DNA of 64,000 nt. It comes from the human T2T-CHM13v2.0 reference genome, Homo sapiens. A model generated the notes under the pieces. The model was not told the DNA's origin. It saw only the letters and a program-made list of their open reading frames with translations, and ran no database searches. The stretch lies in NCBI RefSeq assembly GCF_009914755.1, contig NC_060945.1; one strand, given 5' to 3'. Of the stretch, positions 1-13,278 are shown piece by piece. Positions within the stretch are counted from its first letter, which is position 1, and every line of letters starts with the position of its first letter. The translations under genes and the position numbers were made by a program.

Positions 1-428
1 AGGCATTCCTAGCCTCTAGATGTTTACTGTTAAAGGAAAAACTAGTAATATTTATTAAACAGACCCATCTTGGGAGTGTCCAGATATCTCAATATCTAGA
101 GAACAAAGGCATTCCTAATTTTGCTTTAAAGATAATAATATCAATTCCTTAAAAATACAGTATTTAAGAAAATTAATCCTTTATCACAAACCCTTATAGC
201 AAAATACACCTCCCCATATATACAAGCATTGCTATGTACAGTGAATGCATTCCTCCTCTTACTTTTAGGCACGCCCTACTCTGTCTATGGAGTGGCTGTC
301 TTTTCATCACTTTACTTTCTTAATAAACGTGCTTTTGCTTTGTACTGCATACTTGCCCTGAATTCTTTCTTGTGTGAAATCCAAGAACCCTCTCTTGGGG
401 CCTGGATCCAGACCCCATTCATTTAACA
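1..428 (+). mobile_element. MER41-family ERV1 LTR (3' part; runs off the window start)
   Basis: Characteristic MER41 3' end: 'ctatggagt..ctttactttcttaataaac..gccctgaattctttcttg..ccaagaaccctctcttgggg..ggatc..taaca' with AATAAA signal. Confidence 0.8.
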
Positions 429-431
429 AAG

Positions 432-801
432 TGATATGGTTTGGCTCTGTGTCCCCATCCAAATCTCATCTTGTAGCTCCCATAGTTCCCACATATTGTG
501 GTAGGGACCCAGTGGGAGATGACTGAATTATGAGGGCGGGTCTTTCCCATGCTGTTCTCATGGTAGTAAATGGATCTTATGAGATCTGATGGTTTTAAGA
601 AACAGGAGTTGCCCTACACAAGCTCTCTCTTTTTGCCTGCTGCCATCCACGTAAGATGTGACTTGCCCCTCTTTGCCTTCTGCCATGATTGTGAGGCCTC
701 CCCAGCCATGTGGAACTGTAAGTACAATTAAACCTCTTTCTTTTGTAAATTGCCCAGGCTCTGGTATGTCTTCATCGGCAGCATGAAAACAAACTAATAC
801 A
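432..801 (+). mobile_element. THE1 (THE1B-like) MaLR solo LTR
   Basis: Begins tgatatggtttggct..gtcccca.ccaaatctcatcttg and ends gcagcatgaaaac..actaataca; 5-bp flanks caaag / taaag. Confidence 0.92.
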
Positions 802-1293
802 TAAAGATTGTTGATTTTAGGCAACTTGCTTTTGCTTAGTACAAGTTACTAGATAGTGAGCAGTAAGTTGGAATAACATAAATTCTGATGACGGTACCCT
901 GTCATCTTCATCTTGGGACCTCATAATAGTTACTGCTATCATTTGAAGTAATACAAACACAATAAAGAATTATTTATTTTAATTATCTATAAGGCAGATT
1001 TACATAAATGGTACTGGAAATTTAACCTTTCATTTCTTATCTTAACCTATCTAAATAATGAGATCACAAAATGAATCTCTAATTCTCCCTTCAATTCTAT
1101 TGATCAGTATCAATAATTTTTAATTAGGCAATTTCTCATTTGCAGATCTTGCAAGTATTTATTTAATCAAGTCAGATGGTTTTATCTAGCTGATCTAATT
1201 TATAAAAGCATCATTTTTAACAATAAGTAGGATTTTGATAATAGTTTATTGTAGTGATCTACATATTATCTGAAAAAGCTAATCCAAAGACAA

Positions 1294-1409
1294 AAAAACT
1301 AACATTACTCTCTTATATTTTCTGTTTTTGATAAACACAAACTCTTAAAAACTAATGTTACTGTATTATCTTTTCTGTTTTCAATAAACACTAACTCTTA
1401 AGAACTGAT
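1294..1409. repeat. Diverged tandem duplication, 53-bp period (2 copies plus a partial third)
   Basis: 1294-1346 vs 1347-1399 align without gaps with 8 mismatches. Confidence 0.85.
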
Positions 1410-2699
1410 TCAACAATAATGTGGCTAAATTTTTTAAATAATTGTATTCATTAGGGCATTCATAAACTCTTACTCTAATTTTAAAAATCATCATTTTGAT
1501 TTTCTCTACCACCAAAATGAAAATGTATCGAATGCTTTATCATCAAAATTACATGTAAAAAGATATCAAGGGTTTAGGGTAATGTTAGAATATATTTCTA
1601 CACTAAGGTATTATTTAGGATTTTTTAAAAAATAGGTATTTTACAACTCAGAAGAAACTTAGAATTGGAAATATGTATGGAAATCTTTTTTCCTCAAAAA
1701 TGAGAAATGGGTTATAAAGAAAATGAATATAAATGCTAATTCAAATATGAAACTTTTGCTTTTGAAAATCTCCTTGAATGTTCTGTATTTAGGAAAGATG
1801 ATTTAATATTTCTTGAAATATGTCCTTTAAATAAACTAGTTTATAATGTTCTCACTCTTTATCATATCAAAGCAAAGTAAATCTCGATGCCCTCTAAGGT
1901 AATTATTTGCTTGATTAAATCCCAACTATGTGGAATAATTTCAATTTGGACAACATACATTGTCTTTCTATGATAACATATAATAGTCTAAAACACAAAG
2001 GCCATAGTTTATCCTGGCCAAACATTTAACTCCAAAGCTTTATGCATTTCTGAATTCTAAAATCTCCTTATATAACTAATATTACATTCATTTTATTGAA
2101 TTCCAAAAAAAAATCTAGTTATTGCCAAAATAGTGATTTCCAAATATAATTTATAACCAAGAAAATATGATCATGGAAAACTGAAAAGGATCAAATCATT
2201 TGATCTTCTAAACAGCTATGAGCTTTTAAGAAAAAACAAATGTATTATATCTAAAAACAAAAAGATAATCACATTTGAATTGGTTTCTGTATATTTCTGA
2301 TACAATTTAATATTTATAGCTTTTAAACTATAACAGCTCAGATATATTTATATAACACCATATTATGTGAAAGTAAATATTTCATAATAAAGTCTTTAAA
2401 TTGTCACCAGGAAATCATTTTAAAAAATGATATGCTGATTTCTAAACCAGTATTTTATCTGTAAATTGTTTTCAAAGTTGTTTATTATATTCTGGTTTTT
2501 AAAAATAGTTCACAGTATACTTAATAATGCTATTGTCAAACAACATATTACTTATCTTTAAAACATAAGCATAGCTTTTAAATTGTATTCCCATTTAATG
2601 AAATAAAGTGAACACCAGGTAGCCCTTATATCTGTAAAAATTACAATATCATATTTTTTTAGGTTTACAAAAAAAAAAAAAAAAAACACCTGATCCTTT

Positions 2700-2888
2700 C
2701 AGGATATCTGAGATTCACTGCAAAATAATCCAGTGGGGGAGGGGAATAATAGATGAAATAAGAGTGGCCATGAATGGATCATTAATGTCAGGTGTTGAAT
2801 ACATGGTCGGGGGGAGGGGGAAAGAGAAACAGGACTATACTATATTTAGTACCGTTTTGTATATGGTTGGCAGAAAAAGTTTTAAAAC
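2700..2888 (+). mobile_element. Old L1M (L1MC/L1ME-type) 3' end fragment
   Basis: 'caaaataatccag..gatgaaataagagtggccatgaat..tatacta..ttttgtatatg..aaaaagttttaaaa' resembles ancient L1 3' UTR. Confidence 0.5.
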
Positions 2889-2916
2889 TGCATATAACTT
2901 ATACGCAATCTATGTT

Positions 2917-5900
2917 CATAAAACAATAACACAATAAAAATAAGGTATTCAGGCAATAAATAGCATGATGAATAGAATAGTATGTCACATCTCAATACTA
3001 ACATTGAATGTAAATGGCCTAAATGCTCCAATTAGAAGATATAGAATAACAGAATGGATAAGAACTCACCAACCAAGTATTTGCTGTCTTCAAGAGTCTA
3101 AATTGACACACAAGGACTCACATAAACTTAAGGTAAAGGTGGGGAAAAAGATATTACATGTGAATGGACACCAAAATCAAGCAGGAGTAGCTATCCTTAT
3201 ATCAGACAAAACAAACATTAAAGTAACAGCAGTTAAAAATGACAAAGAGGGACATTATATAATGACAAAAGGTCTTGTCCAACAGGAAAACATCACAATT
3301 GTAAATATTTATGCACCTAACACTGGAGCTCCCAAATTTTAAAACAATTACAAATAGACCTAAGAAATGATATAGGTAGCAATGCAATAATAGTGGGGGA
3401 CTGCAAACTTCACTGACAGCACTAGATGGGCCATCAAGACAGAAAGTCAACAACAACAAAAAAAATGGACTTAAACTATAGCCTAGAACAAATGTACTTA
3501 ACAGATATTTATAGAACATTCTACCAAACAACTGCAGAATATACATTCTATTCATCAGCACATGGAACATTCTCCAAGATAGAACATATGCTAGGCCACA
3601 AAACAAGTCTCAACAAATTTAAGAAAATCGAAATTACAGCAAGTTCTCTCTCAGACCTCAGTGGAGTAAAATTGGAAATGAACTCCATAAGAAACCCTCG
3701 AAACCATGCAAATATATGGAAATTAAACAACCTGCTCCTGAACAATCGTTGGGTCAACAATGAAATCAAGTTGGAAATTTTAAAATTCTTTGAACTGAAT
3801 AATAAATAATAGTGACACAACTTATCAAAACCTTTGGGATACAGCAAACCAATACTAAGAGGAAAGTTCATAGCATTAAATGCCTACATCAAAAAGTCTG
3901 AAAGAGCACAAATAGCCAATCTAAAGTCATGCCTCAAGGAACTAGAGAAACAGAAACAAACCAAACCCAAACTCAGCAGAAGAAAATAAATATCAAAATC
4001 AGAGCAGAACTAAATGAAATTGAAACAAAAAAACACAAAAGATAAATGGAACATAAAAATGTTTCTTTGAAAAGATAAACAAAATTGATAGATCATTAGT
4101 GAGATTAACCAAGAAAAGAAGAGAGAAGATCCAAACAAGCTCACTTAGAAATGAAACTGGAGATATAACAACCAATAACACAGAGATACAAAAGATCATT
4201 CAAGGCTACTGTGAACATCTTTACATGCGTAAACTAGAAAACCTAGAGGAGATGGAAAAATTCCTGGAAATATACAACCTTCCTAGGTTAAACCAGGAAG
4301 AAATAGAAACTTTGAACAGACCAATAACAAGCAGTGTGATTAAAATGACAATTAAAAAGATACCAACAACAAAAAAAAATTCAGCACCAGTGGGATTCAC
4401 AGCTGAATTCTACCAGACATTCAAAGAATAATTGGTACCAATCCTAGTGACACTATTCCACAAGATAAAGAGGGAATCCTCCCTAAATTATTTTATGAAG
4501 CCAGTATCATCCTAATACCAAAACCAGGGAAGGACATAACAAAAAAAGAAAACTACAGACTTATATCCTTGATGAACATAGATGGCCAAAATCCTCAACA
4601 GAATACTAGCTAACAGAATCCAACAGCATATCAAAAAAGATAATCCACCATGATGAAGTGGGTTTCATACCAGGGATGCAGGGATGGTTTTAAATATGCA
4701 AGTCAATAAATGTGATACACCACATAAATAGAACCAAAAACAAAAATCACATGATTATCTCAATAGACACAGAAAAAGCATTTGACAAAACCCAGCATCC
4801 CTTTATGATTAAAACCCTCAGCAAAACTGGCACAGAGGGGACATACTTTAAGGTAATAAAAGCCATCTTTGACAAATCAACAGCCAACATTATACTGAAC
4901 TGGGAAAAGTTGAAAGCATTGCTCCTGAGAACTGGAACAAGACAAGGATGCCCACTTTCATCGTTTCTATTCGATATAGTACTGGAAGTCCTAGCCAAAG
5001 CAATCAGACAAGAGAAAGAAACCATGGGCATTCAAATTGGTAATGAGGAAGTCATACTGTTGCTGTTTGCTGATGATATGATTGTATATGTAGAAAACCC
5101 TAGACTCCTTCAAAAAAAACCCCTAGAACTGGTAAATTGAATTCAGCAAAATTTCAGGATACAAAATTAATGTACACAAATAAGTAGCTCTGCTATACAC
5201 AAACAGCAACCAAGCTGAGAATCAAATCAAGAACTCAACCCCTTTTACAGTAGCTGCATAAAAAGAAAAAAAAAACCTTAGGAAAACTACAAAACACTGC
5301 TGAAAGAAATCATGGTAACACAAATTAATGCAAATACATCCCATGCTCATGAATGGGTAGAATCAATATTGTGAAAATAACCATACTGCCAAAAGCAATC
5401 TACAAATTAAATGCAATTCCCATCAATATATCATCATCATTCTTCACAGAACAAGAAAAAAAGAATCTTAAAATTCATATGCAACCAAAAAAAACCCACA
5501 TAGCCAAACCAAGACTAAGCAAAAGAACAAATCTGGAGGCAATACATTACCCCACTTCAAACTATACTGTAAGGCCATAGTCACCAAAACAGCATGATTC
5601 TGGTATAAAAATAGGTATATAGACCAATGGAACAGAATAGAGAAGCCAGAAAGAAAGCCAATTACTTATAGTCAACTGATCATTGAAAAAGAAAAAAAAA
5701 AAAAAAACATGAAGTGGAGAAAGGACACCCAGTTCAACAAATGGTGCTGGGATAATTGACAAGCCACAAGTAGAAGTATGAAACTGGATCCTCATCTCTC
5801 ACCCTGTACAAAAATGAACTCAAGATGGATCAAGGCCTTAAATCTAAGACCCAAAAACATAAAAATTCTAGACAATAACATTAGAAAAACCCTTCTAGAC

Positions 5901-6997
5901 ATTGGCTTAGGCAAAAACTTCATGACCAAGAACCCAAAAGCAAATGCAACAAAAACAAAGATAAATAGATGGGATTTAATTAAACTGAAATGTTTCTGCA
6001 CAGCAAAAGAAATAATCAGCAGGGTAAACAGACAACTCACTGAGCAGGAGAAAATCTTCACAATCTATATGTCTGACAAAAGACTAATATCCAGAATCTA
6101 CAAGGAACTCAAACAAATCAGCAAGAAAAAACAAACAATCCCATCGAAAAGTGGGCTAAGGACATGAATTGACAATTCTTAAAAGAAGATACACAAATGG
6201 ACAACAAACATATGAAAAAAATGCTCAACATCACTAATTATCAGGAAAATGCAAATCAAAACCACAATGCCATACCACCTCATTCCAGCAATAATGGCCA
6301 TAATCAATAAATCAAAAAATAATAGATGTTGGCATGGATGTGGTGAAAAGGAAACACTTCTACACTGTTGGCGGGAATGTAAACTAGTAAAACCACCATG
6401 AAAAACAATTTGCAGATTCCTTAAAGAACTAAAATTGGATCTACCATTTGATCCAACAGTCCCATTTCTGAGTATCTACCCAGAGAAAAAGAAGTCATTA
6501 TACGAAAAAGATACTTGCACACACGTTTATAGCAGCATAATTTGTAATTGCAAAAATATGGAACCAGCCCAAATGCTCATCAATCAATGAGTGGATAAAG
6601 AAAATGTGGTATACATACATACCATGGAATTCTACTCAGCCATAAAAAGGAATTTTAAAAAATGGCATTTGCAGCAACCTGGTTGGAATTGGAGACCATT
6701 ATTCTAAGTGAAGGAACTCAGGAGTGGAAAACCAAACATCGTATGTTGTTACTCGTAAGTGGGAGATAAGCTATGAGGATGCAACAGGATTAGAATGATA
6801 TGATGGACTCTGGGGACTTGGGGGAATGGGTGGAATGAGGGTGAGGGATAAAAGACTACACACTGGGTATAGTGTACACTGCTTGAGTGATGGGTGCGCC
6901 AAAATCTCAGAAACCACCACTATAGGAATTATTCATGTAACCTAACACCACCTGTTCCTCAAAAACCTATTGGCATAAAAATCAAATTAAAAAGAAA
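2917..6997 (+). mobile_element. 5'-truncated LINE-1 (L1PB1-like): inter-ORF remnant, nearly complete but disrupted ORF2, 3' UTR
   Basis: ORF track gives EN (ILTLNVNGLNAP..CCLQE..), RT ([18 protein letters not shown]) and C-terminal ORF2 pieces in order. L1PB-type 3' UTR 'gggataaaagactacac..ggtgc.ccaaaatctcagaa..caccacctgttcc', then A-rich tail. Confidence 0.95.
2965..6790 (+). pseudogene. L1 ORF2 (endonuclease/reverse transcriptase), dead through multiple stops and frameshifts
   Basis: Fragmented ORFs 2965-3342, 3426-3809, 4099-4431, 4712-5140, 5353-5580 and 5778-6167 all translate to L1 ORF2p segments; end coordinate approximate. Confidence 0.9.
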
Positions 6998-7007
6998 CTT
7001 TAAAAAG

Positions 7008-7200
7008 TTTTATTGAGGCATAATTGACAACAAACTATAGATACTTAAAATGTAAAATTTGAGAAGACTGGGCATATGCAAACACCCATGAAACCATCAA
7101 CACAAACTTGAGTATATCCTTTATCCCCTCAAATTTTCTCTTGCTTCTCTATAATCGTTTCCTCTTCCCATTACTTGCTCCCTTCCTTGAGCAAACACTG
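7008..7200 (-). mobile_element. Old L1M 3' end fragment (antisense)
   Basis: 'ttttattgaggcataattgac..aaatgtaaaatttga..cacccatgaaaccatca' is the reverse complement of an L1MB/MC/MD-type 3' terminus. Confidence 0.65.
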
Positions 7201-8296
7201 ATCCCTACATGGTGTAATATTTTGACCCATGATACCAATATCATGTATTTAGACCCGAAACATGGAAGTATCACAAAAATGTGATTTTTTTCTTTAAACA
7301 AAATGTACAGTTGTTTCACTGAATGTAAATTCCCTCTTCTAATTTTTTAACATAAAAGTGAACCCACGTCTACATTATGAAGTGAGGTGTGTGTGTGTGT
7401 GTGCAAGATTACTCACATTATAACAAATTGTAAGGGTTCCCTTTTCTAATACATAACAATTCATAATTACTGTGTGGTTTTAGGGCTTAAGTAACATGTT
7501 CGCAGTCCAGGCAGTAATTCAGTTTGTTAGCCTGGCAATTTGAGATAACTTCACCTGCCAACAGAACCCTAGATGTCATTCATTCTGTCACTACATTAGT
7601 ATTGTCAGTACCATGACATCATGGCATTGCTTTTTCCAATCTACTTTCCAAAAGTAGAAAGTGATTCTTTCTACTTTTTCTTATTTCTTGCAAGAAACTG
7701 CAATAGTTTTACCTGCTTGTGAAAAAAATATATTCTTTAGTTTTTGATGCAATCATGATGAAAAAAAGATAATGTATACATTTTAGGTTGAAATTGTGCT
7801 TCTAAATTCCTACAGAAAAATTAGATAAGCCTAGCAATAATTTTAACAAGGATTATATACAAAACATAGGACATTTACAGTGTTTTTCATCTATTTAAAC
7901 AAACTCTTTGACCAAAAATACTGTAATTTCATATTCCTATTTTGTTTTACATTATGCTTTTACATCTGTATTTTTGCTAAATATAATCAAATATTGTTCT
8001 CCAATAACTCTATATGTTATGTTATTTCAATATGGAAAGTACTGAATCAGTACCTCCAGAACTGAAGCTCCTTCACCAATACATCAAAAGGTGTCAATAA
8101 GTGTTTGCTTTCTTTCTTCCTATTATCAATCAATATTCCTTTTACCAATGTGCCTGAAGTCACACTTGTAAATAAATGTTCTCTCATTCTTTCCTACTTT
8201 CACCTTCTAGGTTTTTTATTAATATAATTTTAACTAAGGATCTCTTAATAAATAAATAAAAGAGAGTTTAAAAGCATGAGCTTTGACATAAACTTG

Positions 8297-9302
8297 GTAG
8301 AAAATATTTGTAAGCCACGTATCTGACAAGGGCTTAAAATTCAATATATGAGAAACTGACATGACTCAATAACAAAAAGGTAAATAACCCTATTAAAAAA
8401 CAGGTAAAGGACCTAAAAAGACATTTTTACAAAGAAGACATTTAAAATATGGCCCACAAGTGTATGAAAAGGTGATCGACATCACTAATCATCAGAGAAA
8501 TACAAATCAAAATCACAATAAGGTGTCACTTCACACTGTCAGGGAGGCTATTGTCAAAAAGCCAAAAGATAACAAGTATTGGCAATGGCATGGAGAAAAG
8601 GTACACCTTGTACACTGTTGTTGGGGATTTAAGTTACTATAACCATTTTTTTTAAGTATGAACATTCATCCAAAATTTAAAAATAGAAATACCACATGAT
8701 TGAGCAGTCTCACTTCTGGGTTGACTGCCAAAGAAAATAAAATCATTATCTCAAAGAAATGTATGAACTCCAATGTTCTTTTGCAGTATTATTTATAATA
8801 GCCAAGATATGGAAACTACATAAAAATTTGTCAACATATAAATGAATAATGAAATGTTGCACATATACATGTCTTACGTATAATGAAATATTATTAAGTC
8901 TTTAGAAAAAAGTAAATCCTACCATTTGCAATAATTTGCAAGTCAAATTTATAGTAATAGAGAGTAGGAAGGAGGTTACAGGACAGAAGAAAGAAAAGGG
9001 TAGATATTGATCAAAGTGCATGAAGATAGATAAGATAGATAAGTACTACAGACCTAATGTAAAGCATGGTGTCTATAGTTAGTAATAATGTATTACATAC
9101 TTGAAATTTACCAAGGGAATAGATCTCAAGTGATCTCACCACAAAAAATAAAATGGTAACTGTGAGATGATGAATGTATTAATTAGCTTGATTGTGGTAA
9201 TCATTTCACAATTAGTATGTATATCAAAACATCACATTTTATACCCTTAAATACATATAATTTTTGTTTGTCAATCATACATCAATAAAGCTGGGAAAAA
9301 AA
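8297..9302 (+). mobile_element. L1MA8-10-like 3' fragment (ORF2 end plus 3' UTR)
   Basis: 'aaaatatttgtaagccac.tatctgacaagggc', 'cagagaaatacaaatcaaaa', 3' end 'aattagcttgattgtggtaatcatttcacaa..caataaagctgggaaaa'. Confidence 0.88.
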
Positions 9303-9305
9303 CTT

Positions 9306-9510
9306 GAGTTCAGATTTCAGTTCCACCCCTTACTGGCTTTACAACTTTGGCCAAATGCTTTTTTAATACTGTTTTTAAACTTTCTGCGCCTTAATTTTCT
9401 CTTTTGTAAAATATATATCTTTAGGCATAGAGTAGCTATGACATTTAAGTGAGATAATGTATATGAAACTGTAAGCAGTGCCTGCCACATAGAAAATGAT
9501 CAGTAAATTT
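9306..9510 (+). mobile_element. MIR SINE
   Basis: Core 'gccttaattttctcttttgtaaaat..taagtgagataatgtatatgaaac..gtgcctgccacatag'. Confidence 0.7.
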
Positions 9511-12094
9511 CTCTAGTCATGACTACAGGTATAATTACTGGTTATGAATTCGATAAAGACAAGAACAAGATTTATATTCAGATGTGATAATGCTCTTATC
9601 CAAGCTAGAGAAAAAATACAAGCAATATTATATTTTACATTTTCCAATTTGAACATTTAAAATGTTACAGCAAAAGAACTAAAAATAGAAACCTTCACGT
9701 GTGAATTTTTTTAAAAAGTTTTAAAGGAGGTCAGCAAGTATTTGACTGAATGGGCTAATACAAGAGACCATATGAATAAATTTTTGAGTCAAGGACCGTG
9801 TTTGAGCATGCTCCTGAAAAAAAAATGCAGGTGCAATACAGTCTGCTATGCTGTCTCTCACCTGCTGTGAATGGATCATAATGAGTGGGCACATAAAGGT
9901 ATCAGATAATTATAAGTCTTCAGGATCTAACTTCTTATTCATCTCTGGCAGATGTGTTATCTGAAAGTATAATTTTTATGCCACCTGCAGTGCAGCAGCT
10001 GAATATTTCTGGCTTTAGAAGTAGGAAGCTTACAATTCACACTGTACTGTGCCTGCCCCCCTGGGGTTATAGTGAATTGAACTATAACAGTCCCATGTCA
10101 AGAATAAAATATTGTGCAGTGAATTCTTTAGTTTTCTACTTTAAGTTAGGTGGCTGCACTAACTTTAAACATGTTGCCTCATATTCAAAGGAGGATATTT
10201 TGTAGAAGAAGGACACTTTAGTTCATACCGAATAAGTATATAAATATTATGGAAATATGAACACTATATTTGCTTTTCATTATTTTTGCTAATACAAAAT
10301 TATTTGAATTCCAGTTCTCAAAAGGCTTTTCAATTAATGTATCTAAGATTAAAAATCGAATCTAGTTGAGAGCCAGTAAAACAAGTCATCAAAATGTACA
10401 TTCTAGTTATCCAGATATCTGAGTTCTTAAAGACTCTGAAGGTTCTTAAAAAACTAAACTTCAAAATTTCAAGAAAAACCTTTAAAATGTTTTCCTTAAA
10501 CAAATGTTTTTTAAAAAAAATCCCTACAGCAATGATGTATTCACATATAAATGCTAGTCTATATGAAAGTCTCTTATTTTATAAAACCAGCATAGAAAAT
10601 GATTTTGTAAATGTGCTTTGAAATCTCAACTTTTTATTTTTCCCAATAATCTTATAAAAACATAACAAAGTACCTATAAATCAATGGGGAAACTGCATGT
10701 TAATTTAATAAGTAAGATAAATATTGAATCCTTTGTTGTCTTATTTTATCAGATATTTTTTACTTCAAAGGTCAGCAATTCAACATTTATTCCAGCAGAT
10801 GCGATCAGTAATGTAAGCCTTCAAAAGAGAAAACAATCAAAAAAGGTATTTTCATTATATTCCCGCATTTATATTTGAAGAGGAGTGTGTATTTACAATG
10901 CTGTAAAACTGGTGATATTCCTCAACGTTTCTCTGTATGTGAATACATCAAAAAAGAACCTAGAATTACCAGTCTCCCTCATTTTCAGAGCTATTTTCAG
11001 TTTTATTTCTATTTAAAAGACTTTTGTTGGTGCTGAATCTAATTTTATTAAGAGAACTCAGAATTCCTTACTTTCTAATAAAAGATTACATGCAATATAA
11101 AAAGAAACAAAATCATGTAAGATTTTCCCAAATTTTGGAGAACTGAGAAGAGAGAAACTCAGAGTAAAACTACATTATCTATTGTCTAATTATGCTTATG
11201 AGAGCTTAAATATTTGCAAAAAGCAAGTTTCTAAACATATCACAGAGTCAAAGAGAGTTAAAAACCATCTTCATTACAAAAATGGCAAAACAGTCAGGCT
11301 CATGTAGATGGTTGTTGTACCACGGAACTCTTATTTAATCTGTTTCATGATAGTCAGTTCCCATATGGTTCCTTAAAACTGATCATACTTGCTTATGCTT
11401 ATTTATCAAAACTCAAAACCTAAATAGATGAAAAATATGCTTATAGGACATTGGTGATGCCCACAAGTTTGAGTTGCCTCCCAACAGTCCAGAAACCTAA
11501 TTTAGAAACTTCTCATACATAAAACTACCCTTTGGTCAATGTGATTCAAAGATTCAATGTTTTTTACTTCAGTAGCCCACATTTAACAAAAAATTTTAGA
11601 CACCTTTTTCATAAAAGGTTTATTCTTTGCTACCTAAAAGTTCTTTTAATTGTACTCCTGCATTAAAACAGCATCTCATGTAAGAATAAGACAGCTGACG
11701 TTTTTTAAAATTTCACAGCAAATAATCGTATATTCTTTTTCCTTTAGTTTATTAACCATTTTCTATCTGTTATTTCACACTGATTAAAACAGAGCTAAAG
11801 ATACCAAAAAATTTAATTTAAAAAAAACTGTGTGGATGTGAAAGTAGCAAATGTTTATGCATAGGCTAGAGACAAAGTAGTATGTCTCCTCCCTGCAGTA
11901 AAACTCCACTCTCTGAACAATGGGTCTAGAAACTGTGTATTTGTGTACCCACACCTAAGCTACTGTTCAAAAAGGGTCTGTTTTTACTTATGTATGTAGC
12001 TAAACTTTCACAGCATTCTGAGCAGAGGGGCAGAGAGAGCCTGGAATTTTATATTACATTTAAGCCTAGAGATAGTAATAACCATTATTAAGTA

Positions 12095-13134
12095 TATTTA
12101 ATTATTGAACAACGTGAGGGTTAGGAGAATCAACCATCCAACACACTTGAAAATGCATGTAAAACTTTTGACTTCTCAAAAACTTAACTAATAGCCTACT
12201 GTTGACTGGAAGGAAGCCTTGCCACCAAATTAACATATGTTTTATATGTAATATATATTATACACTGTATTCTCACAATAAAGTAAGCTAGAGAAAAGAA
12301 AATGTTATTAAGAAAATCATAAGAAAGAAAAGATACGTTTACAGTGCCATACTGTGTTTATCAATACCGTAAATTTACACCATCTTTTTGTAAGATCAAT
12401 CATCTGTCTGAAATAGTAGACAACCACAGCTGCAGACCTCAAACTAAAGTACGTATAAAATAATTCAACTTTTTCTTGTAATGTCATGACTTTTCTCTGT
12501 TTGGGGGAGCACTTCTAGCATCACTGGTAGCACTTCATATGAGTCCCATGGCGTTTTTCAGCGTTTATGATATTGCACTAAACACAATGGGAAATACATG
12601 AGAGCTTCCAGAAATCCCTTTTTTCTATAATAGGCAATTTACTGGAGAGGCAAACTGCTCACTTGGAGATGATTAGCCTCGCCTTGGATATTTGCAACAC
12701 TGAGCTCACCACAATAGCAACAAAGGTGGCTATCAAATTATTATACTAGTACAGAATGTACTACAGAAAATTGTATGAAATTATGATTTAATATGGCATC
12801 TTTATATTTATTTACATATTCTCCTTTATGAAAGACAGCATGTATATTCTCTAAGTATTTGTGTGCATACGTTTTGATAAATTTTAACTTTTTATAATAG
12901 GTTTGTGTATATCTTATGGTAGTAAGTGATAAAATAGACTAGTACCTACGTCTATTTTATGCATTCATGACATATACTTTTCTTAATTTGGTGATATTTC
13001 TATGCTATGCAGTTTGCAAGTTTTTTCAAATCTTTGTTAATCTAAAAAAAAATACAATCTATGTATTTACTGAAAAAAATCTACATATAAGTGGGTCTAT
13101 GCAGTTCATATTCATGTTGCTCGAGGATCAAGTG
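12095..13134. mobile_element. Tigger2b-like (TcMar-Tigger) non-autonomous DNA transposon, apparently full length
   Basis: Left end 'ttgaacaacg..gggttagg..cttttgact..aaaacttaact..aatagcctactgttgac..ggaagcctt', right end 'aagtgg.tc..tgcagttca..tgttg.tc.agg.tcaa.tg'; TA flanks at 12093-94 and 13135-36. Confidence 0.88.
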
Positions 13135-13278
13135 TATTTACCACCAAGAACATAAGGGAAGTCATATTCATACCTACCCATGAATACATTAGCTGTGCAC
13201 AAAGTTAAAAGGAGATGTGCTCCAGTTGTGGGAGTTCACAGAAGTAAGATTCTGGGAAGAGTCCATAAAAAGCACCAA

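Noticed and set aside
2189-2205. 8-bp inverted repeat gatcaaat-c-atttgatc, TCF/LEF-like
   Set aside because: Too short for AT-rich DNA and lacks the full ATCAAAG consensus.
2965-6167. Series of ORFs with endonuclease and reverse-transcriptase motifs as a possible novel RT system
   Set aside because: They are consecutive fragments of one decayed LINE-1 ORF2 broken by stops and frameshifts.
2874-7012. aaaaagtttta at 2874-2884 and 7002-7012 as the L1PB TSD
   Set aside because: Plausible but low-complexity. About 30 bp of unexplained sequence lies before recognisable L1, and both copies coincide with tails of older L1s, so I do not assert it.
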